Source of the DNA: Octopus vulgaris
Taxonomy: Eukaryota
Reading direction: 5' to 3'
DNA length: 64,000 nt
Assembly (NCBI GenBank): GCA_951406725.2
Contig: OX597814.1
Location: forward strand, 25,668,001-25,732,000
Below are positions 39,760-54,589 of this stretch, one piece after another. Within the stretch, counting starts at the first letter, position 1. Each line of letters starts with the position of its first letter. The notes below the pieces were generated by a model that saw only the letters and a list, made by a program, of their open reading frames with translations, had not been told where the DNA came from and made no database searches. The position numbers and the translations under genes were made by a program.

Positions 39760-40212
39760 ACTCTCTCTCTCTCTGCAAAATAGAAAATGGATCACCCACA
39801 TCTTCATTTGTTTTTGGTACCTTATCTCTCTTCCTTACGAATTTGATATCTTCAGATAGTGATATCTGATACCTGCTGCCAATTGGCCTTAACTCTCTGC
39901 AGGAACATCCACTTGACAATTTCTGTAAAGTTCTTCTCTTCTCTTGTAAGGTTGCAAAGAGTTACACCAAAGTGCTTGCAGAATGGGTTTTATTCTTCAC
40001 CTATATTTTAAGGTTAATTGGGGGGTGGCAAGAGAGTAATACCAGCACATAGGAGGAAGAACAATTATCCATGGTCGGTGGTCAAAAATCCTCTCAGGAC
40101 AAAATGTAGGCATAATTATCCAAGACCTACCACTTTTACTCAGCAAATTTGCTCTGTTGGAGCTTAGAGTTTCTCCACTATAAGCTCCTTTGATTTATGA
40201 GGTCCCTTTTGC

Positions 40213-40270
<58 letters not shown>

Positions 40271-40299
40271 TTTCTCTTTATATTTACAGATAAATATAA

Positions 40300-41247
40300 C
40301 TCATCATTGTCTAACATCTGCCTATATACATACATACATATATGTGTGTGTATATACATGCACACACACACACATACACACGTATATATATATATATATA
40401 TATATACATACATACATATGCATATATATGTATATATATATATATATATACATGCATACATACATATGTATATATATGTATCTATATCTATTTAAATATT
40501 ACATATATGAATATACACATAGATATGCTAATCTTTATATATGTACGTTATATGTATGTATATATACATATATTTAAGTGTATATATGTACCTATATATA
40601 TTTATATACACACATATGTATACAGTTACACAGACACACACATATATGCATGTATGTATTTATATATATAGCTAGATTTGTAGAAAGATATATGCACACA
40701 CATATGCATATGTGTGTGTCTGTATGTGTATATGTATGTATGTATAAACGTGCAGGAATTATATTATATTTTATTATATATGATCTATGCTGGCACTTCA
40801 TTTCCATACAATATGAATATTTGATATTTTCTAAAATTTTTGCTTCCTATTATATCCATATGCAGAAGATTAGTGTTGCACATTTTCAAAGAAATTTTTT
40901 TGTCTCTCATATTCTTAAATATTTCAATCAATATATTAGTTAGTATGTTTCAATCTACTCTTTGCTTGCATCTTAGGAGTTTTCATCTTGTATTACAATT
41001 TGCTGACATTTATTCTCTTTATAAAACCATACTGTATTGAAGCATAAAAGATCAAAACGTTAAGCAAAAGACAATACTGACAATAATAAGAGAAAGACTT
41101 TTGATCAATCAACCACAATCACTAGCTAATATTCTTTGAAGAACACAAATATTGTAAGTGTATGGAAGTGTTTGTGTGTGTATATATATATAGATACATA
41201 AATGTATGTATATATATATATATATGTGTGTGTATATGTGTGTGTTT

Positions 41248-41291
<44 letters not shown>

Positions 41292-41688
41292 ACACACACA
41301 CATATACACACACATATATATATATATAAATGTGTGTGCACATAGGAGGAAAAAGGAGACAAAGTGGAAGATGGAATGCTGTATACCATTAGAATATATA
41401 CAAACAACTCTGTATAGTGTGTATGTAAATATAATATAATATAATATAATATAATATATTACTCTATCTCTTTCTTCCTCCTATGTTCACACACATTTAC
41501 ACACACACACACATAATATATATATACATATACATATACATATATATATATACACACATACACATATATAGTGCATGTATGTATATATATATCTATATAC
41601 ATATATATAGTGCATGTATGTATATATATCTATATGTATATATCTATACATATATATATATATATACACACATCTATATGTATATATC

Positions 41689-41725
<37 letters not shown>

Positions 41726-41756
41726 ACATATATATATATACATGTGTATATATATA

Positions 41757-41800
<44 letters not shown>

Positions 41801-42467
41801 TACATATATACATATAAGCACTCAGTTATATCTCAATATGTTGCTTTGCTGTGTACATACATTCACAACCACAAACTCACATGCACACAGATATATATGT
41901 GTATGTATATATATATATATACATGTGTATTTATGTGCGTATATACATATATATATATATATATATACATATACACACACACACATATATATATACACAC
42001 ATACATTTGTACATATATACACACATGCATATACATACTATATACATAGATATTCTAATGATATCTCATATATATGCATACATATGTTTGCCTCTGTGTA
42101 TAGTGTATATCTGTGTATGTTCTTATATATATATGTTTATATACAAGTACAAATGAATATACGAGTGTTTGAAGTGTGGAAATATCATGAATACCAAGCA
42201 AGTAATAACAACTTTAACAAAAAGGACCAATTATATCTTATAGCTCATATTCATTTGATTCTGTGACTATATTTTCGAAATATTTCGAAAATAATCAATA
42301 ACACTGACATATAAAACTGAAACAAATATTTTCTATATTACTTCTCAAACTGAATTATTGTAATCTTCAATTAAGCTGTCTCTGAATATAAATATGACCA
42401 CTAGATTTCAGTTATGTACACACACACAGACACACACACATACATACATATATATATATATATACAT

Positions 42468-42560
<93 letters not shown>

Positions 42561-42720
42561 GAGAGAGAGAGAGAGAGGGAGAGATACACATATATCTATA
42601 TGTACATATGTATATGTACATTAATACTCATACACAAGCACATACATAAATATATATATATAAGATATATATGCATATACATATATACACATATATATGC
42701 ACATATATACATACACACAC
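40300..42720. repeat. Extended (TA)n/(CA)n low-complexity blocks
   Basis: Direct reading. Confidence 0.9.
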
Positions 42721-43720
42721 CTCTCCAACACCACCATCCTCACAGGCACTCATCAATGTCCCTATCATATCACCAACTCCTTTATTTGCGCTTCTAGCAA
42801 TATCATTTACTGCATCACCTGCTCTTTCTGCCCTTCTCTGTATATCAGTCAAATGGGATACTGCTTAGCTGACCAGTTCATGGAGCACCTCCAAGAAATC
42901 AGACTCAGCAATGACACCTCTGTCTTGCTCCATTTCCGTTCTACCGGTCATTCACTACAACACCTGTCTGCATTCAGATTATCTTTGCACAGGGGCTCCA
43001 GACTTCTCATTGCCATAAACAGGAATTAATCTTCTCTCTTCACTCCTTTGTGTTACATGGGGTTAACTCTCCCTCCTCTCTTCATATGACTCCCCCTCCT
43101 CTCCTCTCATGCTCTGATACCCACTTCCTCTCTTCACTCCTACCCACCTTCTCTCTTCATTGATACTCCCTCTACCCTCATTCCACCCCTTACCCCCACT
43201 CCCACATACCCTACCCTACCCACCACAACCCCTCACCTACATCCCACACACCCCACACCTGCACACCCACACACCACCACACAACCACACCAGATCACAC
43301 ACCCCACCCACACCACACACCATCATCTACACACCCACACACCATCCGCACATGCACACACCCACACATTACAGATGCACACACTTACACACACACACAC
43401 ATCCACATGTCAAAGTCACTAGCCCCTATCAACACACACACATGTGTACCCTCATTTTGAGATCACCAATACTTTATTATCTCCCTTTCTTTCTACTTCT
43501 TCTGTCAAACCGTTTTTTTTCCCAACCAGTTGCCATGATTGATCACTAAATCCACAAGTTTTTTTATTGTCACTATATATTCTCTCTTATTCCTTTCTGT
43601 TGATGTGCATAAGCTTGAAATGTAAAAGACTTTCTCACTTTTCCGAGTGTCAAACTAATACACCTGCTTGTTGTTCATACACCTGTCTTCATCTTCTGTT
43701 TTTCTGTAAATTTCAACTAT
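42718..43720 (+). mobile_element. Penelope-like (Neptune-type) 3' end: GIY-YIG pseudogene, C-rich spacer and terminal region
   Basis: ORF 42697-43029: [41 protein letters not shown]; decayed hammerhead-like word at 43598-43630. Confidence 0.8.
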
Positions 43721-43770
43721 TACATACATATCTATGTATATTATGATATATATAGACACACATATATACA

Positions 43771-43801
<31 letters not shown>

Positions 43802-43850
43802 CCATACATACACACATACATGCATGCATACACACACCCACACACACACT

Positions 43851-43893
<43 letters not shown>

Positions 43894-43917
43894 CTGTATT
43901 TATGTGCTATCTGGTAT

Positions 43918-43971
43918 ATTCAACTGAAGAAGGCAGAGCTTATGCCAAGTCAGAAATCCAGGATCTTGAAT
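43918..43971 (+). ncRNA. Type I hammerhead-like motif
   Basis: AUUCAA-CUGAAGA-(22 nt)-GAAA-UCC-A-GGA-UC-UUGAAU; 6-bp stem I and AUC triplet; base of stem II is imperfect. Confidence 0.6.
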
Positions 43972-44345
43972 TATCCAGAAAAATCTTTTTTGCTAGTTTA
44001 TTTTGTCACTCTGTCTACTCTCCTAGTGCTATATGAACATTTAATGTGGCTATAGCGTCAAGGTTTTGACTGGTATTTCAGTGTAATGGTATCTCTCAGA
44101 TACCCTAATTTATAGTTTTATATACATATATATATATATTGTCAGCCACACATATTCAATGTACGTGTTCTGTCTTTTTGCATTTGCTATGATATATCAC
44201 TACTCCCTGAAAGTCGTAGACTGGTAAGACAACTCACCTCATGAATTTCAGAAGTGACAGACACATACCGATACTTTGCCATTTTTGTGATTTATCAACA
44301 TCACATACATGAATCAAATTGGGAACATCGAATCACCAGTCTGTG

Positions 44346-44376
<31 letters not shown>

Positions 44377-44490
44377 AGTGTCAAAATCATTTGCTGGTAT
44401 GCCATAGCAAAGCACATGTAAGATTAAATTGAATAATGAATTACATTACATACGTTGAGCGTGTGTGGTTGATAATATTTATAACACTCA

Positions 44491-44536
<46 letters not shown>

Positions 44537-44574
44537 AGTGCGTATGTATGTATGTATGTATGTTTATATCTCTA

Positions 44575-45668
44575 AATCTTAGTGACCAAATGAGGTCTAT
44601 TTTTCAATCTTGTGGTTCACGCACATTTTCTATCATTATTGCAGTGCTTGGAATCCATTGGTGAAGAAGCTTTTATCCTGTTCGTCGAAGAAAGCCATCA
44701 GCATTGTGATAATGGCTTCTAGTCAAGTGTTTTTTCGTGTTGGGGAATTGATGATAGTCAAATGAGGCCAAATCAGGAGAAGAGGGAGGGTGACAAACCA
44801 GTTCAAAGCCACAGTCATGCACAGCAGCCATTGAAACAAAGGACTTGTTTGCTGGATCATTATCCCAATGAAACAAAATCCCTTTCATCAGTTTTCTTGA
44901 GTATTTGGTTTGTAGCTGCCTCAGCAAGTTAGCATAGTACTCTCCATTATGGTGGGGCCTTTTCAAGATAGTCGATAAACCCATTGCCTTTTGAATTCCA
45001 AAAACCTCAGGTCATCAACTTCCCTGCAAACAACCTTGGTTTTATTTGCAGAAGGCGAGGAGGGGTGTTTCCATTGCATGGATTATCTCTTTGTCTCTTG
45101 GTCAAAGTGATGAAGCCAACATTCATCCTTGAAAATGCAGCACCCACCTAGCAGAAACCTTCATCATGCCAAGTTTACAGTGCAGAATATTTTCAAATTT
45201 CTCATGGTGTATGCTTATAGAATTATCTTTTCAATTTACAGTTGATCACTTATCATCCATCACCATGTAGTGAAGACAATCAATGTTTTTCTCAGTGGTG
45301 GAATTTGTAGAGTGTCCAGACCTTGGATCATCTTCAAGATTCTCTCTTCCCCTCCAAAACTGAGCTGCCTACTTTTGCACTTTTGATAAAGCTGGAGTTT
45401 CATCCTTAATGTAGCGACCATAATGTCCTTGGGGGTTAAACACTTTTCCTGCATGTACTTGATAACACCACAATGTGGCATTTTGTCCATTTTCATGAGA
45501 GGTCACTTCTAGTTACATTTGAAGTCTCCTTTGAACAGTGAGATGTCAGTTTACCTAGAAAGAAACAATGCAGTTATAAATAAAAAGTATCAAAATGAAA
45601 GGGTGTAAGATTTCACAGCTCTAGCATCACCCCTTCATAGCCTATGAACTGTTCAGCCCAACCTCGTG
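44575..45668 (-). mobile_element. mariner (irritans-like) decayed element
   Basis: GEYYANLL, FHWDN, HPPSSPDLASFDY motifs; N-terminus GVIKYMQEKCLTPKDI; 5' TIR CACGAGGTTGGGCTGAACAGTTC. Confidence 0.85.
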
Positions 45669-45717
45669 CGTGTATGTGTGTGTGTGTTTGTACACACGCA
45701 CACACGGACACACACGG

Positions 45718-45764
<47 letters not shown>

Positions 45765-45807
45765 CTTCACGCACATATATATATATATATATGTATATGC
45801 ATAAGTA

Positions 45808-46048
45808 CAGGCATTGTTGTGTGATAAGAAGTTTGCTTCCCAACTACATGGCTCCAGGTTCAGTCCCACAGCAATGATAGCTCCAAGTCAACCAAAGCCT
45901 TATGAACAGATATGATAGACAGAAACAGGAAGAAAGAGTGAGAGAAAGTTGTGGTGAAAGTATACAGCTGGGTTCACCATCACTCCCTCACGGAGCCTCA
46001 TGGAGCCTTAGGTGTTTTCACTCATCAAACACTCACAACACCTGGTCT
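45808..46048. mobile_element. Abutting fragments of SINE family A (+) and family C (-)
   Basis: Family A head at 45808-45915; GAAAGAGTGAGAGAAAGTTGTGGTGAAAG..TTAGGTGTTTTC matches family C. Confidence 0.7.
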
Positions 46049-46194
46049 TTTAATACTTTGCATGAACCACGTCCTTGCGTTGTTTTTTCTTGTGTTTTTT
46101 TCATTTTTTGGGATTGATTGTTTGTGTGTGTGTGTGTATGTATGTGTGTATGTATGCATGTATGTGTGTGTATAATATATATATATATATATAT

Positions 46195-46382
46195 CGCCTG
46201 GCACCTGTGCAGGTGGCACGTAAAAAGCACACTACACTCACGGAGTGGTGCGTAGGAAACATTGCCAAATTTAGACTGGAGCCTGGTGCAGCCTTCTGGC
46301 TTCCCAGATCCCCAGTCGAACCGTCCAACCCATGCTAGCATGGAGAACGGACGTTAAACGATGATGATGATGATGATGATGA
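46195..46382 (+). mobile_element. RTE-type 3' tail element ending in (GAT)n
   Basis: GGCACGTAAAAAGCAC..CCGTCCAACCCATGCTAGCATGGA..(GAT)n; same tail as 61020-61253. Confidence 0.85.
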
Positions 46383-46423
46383 ATGTATGTATGTATGTAT
46401 GTATGTATGTATGTATGTATATA

Positions 46424-47625
46424 TTGGGTAATTCTATAAATAACGTGGTTTTTTCAACTGCATGAACTAAAAGTCAATGGGAGGATGGGATAAGCTACCT
46501 GAATTGACTTGCTATAAAAGCAGGTAGTAATTTTACTTTGTCCTTATTCTTTGTACAAATTTTGAAGAGTGCAGTTCGATTTTAACAGTTATTTTTTTCA
46601 AAGCTATAATGGTGCATATAAAGGTGCATATTTGGCATATTTTGCTTTATGAGTTCAATAAAGGCAACAACAGCACAGGAAGTGCAAGGAATTAATAATA
46701 ATGTAGTATACAGGGATTGGACAACAAGCATAAGCCAGGGTAAACAGTGGTTCTAGAAATTCTGAGCCAGAAACTACAGCCTGGAAGATGGAACTCGTCC
46801 TGGAAGATCTGTAGAGCTCAATGATGACATCATGCAAACTCTGGTGGAACAAAACTCCTTCCTAACAGTTGAGGAACTAACAAAGAAGCCTGGATTTGGT
46901 CATTTAACCATTCATCAACATCTGAATGCCATCAGAAAAGTCAGCAAATTGGGTCAATAGATTCCTCATAAACTGTTTGAGTCTAATTGCATGTAGAGAA
47001 TGAATGTGTGCTCTTCTTTGCTGCCACATCTCATGAATGAACCTTTTTTGGGACCAAATAGTGACTGTTGATGAAAAATGGGTTCTCTCTAAAAATGTCA
47101 AGCAGCAAAGACACTGGGTAAGGGAAGAAACACTGACACTTCAGGCTAAAGAAGGTCTTCACCCACAAAATGTGCTGTTATCTATTTGGTGGGATATGAA
47201 AGGTTTAGTCCACTTTGAACTTTTCAACCCAAACCAAACAATAACAAAGGAGATCTATTGTGAGCAGCTTGAGTGGCTTAAGTCAGAGCTAGAAGAAAAA
47301 CGATCATCTTTGGTTTCAGGACAAAAGGTGTTCTTCCATCAGGATAATGTTCAGCCACATACAATGAGGATGACATTCCAATGGCTGGAGCAGTTTGAAT
47401 GGGAAATGATGGACAGAAAAACATGAATTCTGTAGACGAGGTCAGAACAGTACTGGAGGAGTATTTTTCGTCAGGGACAAGTGAATTTTGGAAGAGGGGC
47501 CTTTTAATCTACCAGATAGATGGAAGAATATTGTAGAAAATGATGGAGAGTATATTTTAGATTAATATATACTCTTGAAAAATGAAAGAAGTATAAAAAA
47601 ACCAAATTATTTATGGGATGACCCA
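46424..47625 (+). mobile_element. mariner element with both TIRs and TA flanks, decayed transposase
   Basis: TA|TTGGGTAATTCTATAAATAA and TTATTTATGGGATGACCCA|TA; IVTVDEKWV, LSIWWD and FHQDN motifs; SPDLAP segment is deleted. Confidence 0.9.
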
Positions 47626-47754
47626 TACATATATATACATGCATATATATATATACATATAATATATATATATATATAAACATATACATATATATATATA
47701 TATATATATTAAAACGGACGCTAAATGATGATGATGATGATGATGATGATATAA

Positions 47755-47902
47755 TGGGCTTCTTTCAGTTTCCTGTCTACTAAATCCACTCACAAGGCTT
47801 TGGTCATTCCAGGGCTATAGTAGAAGACACTTGCCCAAGTTGTTATGCAGTGGGACTAAACCCAGTACCATGTGGTTGGAAAGCAAGATTTTTATCACAC
47901 AC

Positions 47903-47905
<3 letters not shown>
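47755..47905 (-). mobile_element. SINE family A 5' half
   Basis: Reverse complement of core and head. Confidence 0.8.
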
Positions 47906-47956
<51 letters not shown>

Positions 47957-48042
47957 ATAATTTTCCTGTGGTTTATATGTAACCAACAATTATTTACCGG
48001 TAAATATAAATACGACAAATTAATTGTCAAGACCTTTGTAGG

Positions 48043-48130
<88 letters not shown>

Positions 48131-48559
48131 TACACACACACACACATGTATTTGTATATATGAGAGTATGTGAGTCTGTATTTTCTTCATCTTTGTTAGT
48201 TTTTAAATCTGTAAACAATGGCTTGCCCATGGTCTCAATTATTTGCAGTCCACCACAGAACCATTTTTTGATAGCTTGCTTAATCTTTATGGATAAAGGG
48301 CTTATTCATATAGGGTCTTTGCTTTCAGTTCTCTGCATCTTGTTTGATAGACTGGAAGATTATTACCATACTTGGAAATGAGAAGCAGTTGGCAACAAGA
48401 AAGGCATCTAGCCATGAAAAATTCTGCTTCAACATACACTTGTCTGAGCCATGCAAGCATGAAAAAGTAGATGTTAATAGAAAGATGATGATGATGATGA
48501 TGAAACTCATACACACACAGATTCGTGCTGCAGTTACTCATCTTTTAGATTCACCCATG

Positions 48560-49010
48560 GGAAAGTTGGTACAAAGCTTTAATAATAGAAATCTATATGG
48601 GAGATAAAACTACAGTAGTTAGAGAGTTTTGCAAACAATCCTATCTGTCCACAGTTATTAGTGGAGTTAAATAATCAAACATGTTGCTATGTAGAATACA
48701 TTTATTAAGAAAATAAATAACATCTAATCAGTGATCCAGTATGGCAGTTATTTCTCCATTTCTAAATATAGAGCCTATTACACACTACAAGCCCTTTTCT
48801 GATTCGTGTTTCTAGTAAATATTCTTTTGTCTTTTCAGCAAACTGTTACATTTTCTAATGTAGAAATTTCCAACTCAGCAGTTCTGTTACCATTAATTTC
48901 TACAAATTCCGCAACTTTAAGTTTGGAAGTAGCATTATATGACAAACGTTTTTTTTTTTCCAAACATAGAGTAAAGCTATTTCTTTAACAAGTTTACAGT
49001 TGACAAACAA
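48560..49010 (-). mobile_element. pogo/Tigger-type transposase N-terminal remnant (Brinker-like DNA-binding domain)
   Basis: Minus frame not in the ORF track reads KRLSYNATSKLKVAEFVEINGNRTAE, followed by a YWITD-like CENP-B HTH trace. Confidence 0.55.
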
Positions 49011-49471
49011 GCACATTGTTATCTATTTCTTTCATTTCTCTTTTGACCTTCCTCTCCATGTCACCTTATTTCTTTGCACCCGCTTCTTTCAAATTCTGCT
49101 GTAACACCATCCCCTTCAAGTCTCCACACAGATACATCATTATATCAAGTTACCCTCTGAACTCCTTTCTAACAAGTTTACAGTCAGCAAGCTCAGGAGA
49201 CAAAAACTGAAAATAACTTTCCTGGCTTGCTTTTCACACATTGAATAGCACTAACATATTTAAAATGGTTGTGCACATGTGAATTCTACATGTGCATGGT
49301 TTGGTTTGTTATTTATAATAGTGGTTCATAGAGATAATCTTACAATCTTTTTGTCCAAGTTTCTTGATCATGGGTATGACTCACACCTCAGAAGATTTTT
49401 GCTATCAAAGTGGTATATAAAAAGTGAAATTTGCACATAAGTTAATATAGGGTATGTGTATGTGTGTGTGT

Positions 49472-50030
49472 GTACAAATTCAAAAAATTATTGGGACTGG
49501 TGCAATTAAAAGAAAACTATAACACATATCAATTCAGTATTTAATCTTCTTTGAAGTTCTTCCCTTCTAACTCACACTCTTTATCCACTGTCATTTCCAT
49601 TGATGGAAACATTCCATGGACTCCTTTTTGGAGGATAGAGATCAACTATCATGTTGTATTCTCTTGGATGTCTATTGGACATCTTGAAATCTTGTTCTTT
49701 TCAAGTAGGATTAATTTTTACCTTGGTTTTGGGGTCATAGCATAGACACATGATTCGTCGCCTGTTATGGCCGTTTTAAAACGTTTTCCTCTTCTTCAAC
49801 ACAATGAAGGAGATCTGGCACAGCTGGAAACTAATTTTCTTCTTAAGACAACCACACTCTACACATTTTACTTCCAAGCACTGCTATAAGCAATGGAGCA
49901 AGAATGATATAATTTAGTTTGCATGTGCAACAGAGTTCAAAGTCAGTCTGTGCTGAGTGGCTTTACTCTGCATACTTTAGCTTTGTTTCTATAGCAATAG
50001 TCCCAATACTTTTTGATCAGACCACATATA
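49472..50030 (-). mobile_element. Internally deleted mariner derivative
   Basis: Diverged TIRs sharing CAAAAA..TATTGGGACT; EGKNF-like C-terminal trace. Confidence 0.6.
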
Positions 50031-51441
50031 TACATAATATACACACACAAATTGACAGACAAATAGAAATATATAAGGTATATAATTAAGCAAAATAATT
50101 CTTGAAATGGTGAGAAGAGTGGAATAATTTTTGTTCCAAGCAGGATCTTCACACAATGCTACATCAGGTTTCATAATATTATTGTCTATCTTATATGATG
50201 AATGCTTAATGATAATGGTAAAATGAAATATGAAATAGTTATCTTATGAAGGTAAAGATTTCATTATGCATGTGTGCCTGTGTGTCTGTGTGTGTGTGTG
50301 TGTGTGCATGTATATATAAATATATTTATATACACACACATACATACCTGCAAAGTCAACAGTTGGATTTGAACCAAAAGGCAATACATAAGTGAGCATA
50401 AAGTTTTGCTCTATTCCTTTCCACTAAGTCAAACTATGTTGATTTAAAATATTGATTACTATCTTCAAAGGAAAGAAAACAAACAAAAAACTCAAACTCC
50501 TGAGGGGAAAAAATATTGTAGACATGTTGATATATAAAACCTATTTACATGAAGTGATTTTTGAAGTAAAATTAAACTCTTTTCATAGGATTGTGTCATC
50601 AGACACCATTTCTAGAAATATTAGAATTGGGATTTAGTGATTATTGCATATAATAGAACACAGACATGCAAGCTGAAAAAAAAATTATAATAGAACATAC
50701 ACATGCAAGTTTTATATATGAAAAAAGAAAATGAAAAAGAGTTAACTATGTAGTCTATAGGGAGCCTAGCTAATCAAAAAAACAATGTAAATGTTATGCG
50801 TGCTTGTATGTATTAATGTGTTGATGAATATATGTAGATATGTATATATGTATATATATGAATACATATGTATATATGTGTGTGTGTATGTATGTATATA
50901 TATACACACACACACAAACACATCTTACTATATTTGTACAAGCATTCATATCTACATATAAATGTATAAGCCTACATATACCTTCATCTTCATACAAATG
51001 ATGTCCATACGTGTGGTTCATATGTGCATGTGTATGTGTATATATATAGATATATATACATACACACATACACACACATACATACACGCGCACACATATA
51101 TATGAATATATATACACATACATATGTATGTATGTATGTATTAATACATATAGCTACAAAACAGATGTCTGCACATATGCGTTTCTATGCGTGTGACTTG
51201 AAAACATATATATGTATCTGTCTCCCATTTATATAGGTTTTCCAACATTTATATATTATTGTGTATATGAGCATAATGTATCAACAAATATGATATATTT
51301 CTTTCCTTTGATAAATCTATAATTATATACAACATACTCTAATTGCTTTTTCATATATAATTTACAAGTTCCATCAGAAAAATATGAAATATTATTTTAT
51401 TATAAAGTTACAGGTAATATTCTGTCGTGCTTAATACCAAT

Positions 51442-51515
<74 letters not shown>

Positions 51516-51937
51516 CAATATATCACATGTTGAGGGGCACGCTCCAGCATGGGTGCAATCCAAAGACTATAACAATTACTAGAATACATACATACATTAT
51601 GTGTATTTGTGTGTGTGTAATATTTACAAGGGAAAGTTTCGGCAATGTAGCCTGATTTGGACTCTGGTTAGTGATATTGAATAATTCTTCAATTTAATAT
51701 CTGACTGTGCCTATATAACTATACAAATAGGAAAACATTAATGCATATTATGTATATACGTGCATGCATGTGTGTGTGTGTGTGTGTGTGCATGTGAGTG
51801 AATGTATGTATTCATACATATATATATATATATATACATCTGTGTGTGTGTGTATATATATACTTGGAAAAGGATGCATGGCGTTCAATCATATAATAAT
51901 ATAATATAATATTTATATTATTATTATATATATATAT

Positions 51938-52334
51938 AGGCGCAGGAGTGGCTGTGTGATAAGTAGCTTGTTTACCAACCACATGGTTCCAGGTTCAGTC
52001 CCACTGCGTGGCACCTTGGGCAAGTGTCTTCTACTATAGCCTCGGGCCGACCAAAGCCTTGTGACTGGATTTGGAAGACGGAAACTGAAAGAAGCCCGTC
52101 GTATTTATGTATATATATATGCGTGTGTGTGTTTGTGTGTCTGTGTTTGTCCCCCTAGCATTACTTGACAACCGATGTTGGTGTGTTTATGTCCCCGTTA
52201 CTTAGCGGTTTCAGCAAAAGAGACCGATAGAATAAGTACTGGGCTTACAAAAGAATAAGTCCCAGGGTCGAGTTGCTCGATTAAAGGAGGTGCTCCAGCA
52301 TGGCCGCAGTCAAATGACTGAAACAACTAAAAGA

Positions 52335-52337
<3 letters not shown>
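51938..52337 (+). mobile_element. SINE family A, full length
   Basis: Near-identical to 38733-39135; inserted in (TA)n. Confidence 0.92.
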
Positions 52338-52370
<33 letters not shown>

Positions 52371-52559
52371 TCGTTGTCATGATCCTCATCATCGGTGCAA
52401 TATCTACTTTCCATGCTTGTGGGTTAGACAGAGTTCATGGAGGCAGATTTTCGACAGCTAATTGTCTTTCTTGCCACACCTGTTTTCAAGCAAGGTAATA
52501 TTTCCCCATTGCAGGACTAATTTTCATAGAATCGCTACATGGGCAGTGTGCAAGTGTGA

Positions 52560-52865
<306 letters not shown>

Positions 52866-53330
52866 GTATAATACATCAAGAAAAGGAGTGTATTTCCATG
52901 CAGGAAAAAATACAGAATTTCTTTTGGGGTTTGAAAATGCACCTGAGTCTTGAAACATAGTTGTTTTCAAATATTATTACAGCTTTATTAAATTACCAAA
53001 CCAGTTTCAACAAGCTCTTGTTTATCAATGGTAAATAAACAAAATAAAGAATGACAGTTTTCGGAGGGGTTAAAGGTACAAAGGAAATTCAGAAAAACAT
53101 GCTTAAATGATGAATTGTTCATACAAATTCCAATGAGTTTCACAGAGACAGACAGTAGTACAAGTATAAATATTCGATGAATTTCATACATGATTGAATA
53201 TTCAGTAATACTGACTTATCTCAACAATTAGATATGATGAGTTTTTTTACAAAAGAGTAAGAGAAAAAGATAAGAAAAAATATTTCTTTTGTAATTTCTG
53301 TTGAAGTGCATGAAGGAAGATTTTTCATCT

Positions 53331-53737
53331 TTACTCTTTTACTCTTTTACTTGTTTCAGTCATTTGACTGTGGCCATCCTGGAGCACCACCTTTAGTTGA
53401 GCAAATCGACCCCCAGGACTTATTCTTTGTCAGTCTAGTACTTATTCTATCGGCCTGTTTTTGCTAAACCGCTAAGTTACGGGGACATAAACACACCACC
53501 ATCAGTTATCAAGCGATGTTGGGGAGACAAACACAAACACATAAACACACACACATACATATATATACATATATATGACGGGCTTCTTTCAGTTTCCGTC
53601 TACCAAATCCACTCACAAGGCTTTGGTCGGCCCGAGGCTATAGTAGAAGACACCTGCCCAAGGTGCCATGCAGTGGGAATGATCCCGGAACTATGTGGTT
53701 GGTAAGCAAGCTACTTACCACACAGACACTCCTGCAC
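53331..53737 (-). mobile_element. SINE family A, full length
   Basis: Reverse complement of the family; (TTTTACTC)n tail. Confidence 0.92.
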
Positions 53738-54268
53738 CATCACTGACTTTGATGGTAAAAGATTGAACTGCTTTAAGTTAAGATCGCTTTGTATATAGAT
53801 ATGTTTTCATGGCAAAGGATCGAATTCTTATTGGTTGTAAATTTAATGATGTCACTTATTTTTGTTCCTATTTTGACTGGCTAGCCACGTTAATATGTCA
53901 CTTGGTTTATGGTTGTTTTTGTCAAATATTTTTGTTTTGGTAGAAATCTGGCTTTCTGGTTGTTTGACTTCTTGATATCATTTGTTTGTTAAATGTTTTA
54001 ATCCCTTGTTTTTGACCAGTAGAGATCTAGTGCTCTAGCTAGTTGATTTTCATTTGTTGTTGGTTGCTTCAATCATTTGGTGTTGTCAACGGACTTGGTA
54101 ACTTGCTTTTGTTTGTCTGTTGTCCAACATTTCAGTCAGTTGATTCCCTTAAGAAACTACTGGTTTTCGTCAGCTCAATTTTTATTTTTCCCTGGGAATC
54201 TGGTTTTGACCAGAAAACAATCTCATTGGCTGACACCAGTTACTGACATCACCCTGAGCAGTGTGTGC

Positions 54269-54314
<46 letters not shown>

Positions 54315-54450
54315 GTGTGTGTGTGTGTTGCTCCTACTTATGCTTGAATCTTCAATTCCTGTTGGGGAAATACAGCATTTCTTGTGTACCATTATATCAG
54401 ACTAAGCCCATTCCTATCTAGATATCACTACAGCTGATTTTATTCAGAAT

Positions 54451-54482
<32 letters not shown>

Positions 54483-54589
54483 AGAATCAACCCCAGTACA
54501 AGACTGGTATATTAATTATTAATAATGGATGGCAAAGTTAATCTTAGTGCTATTTTAAAGCAAATTGCAAGAAGCTAGAACAAATAATC

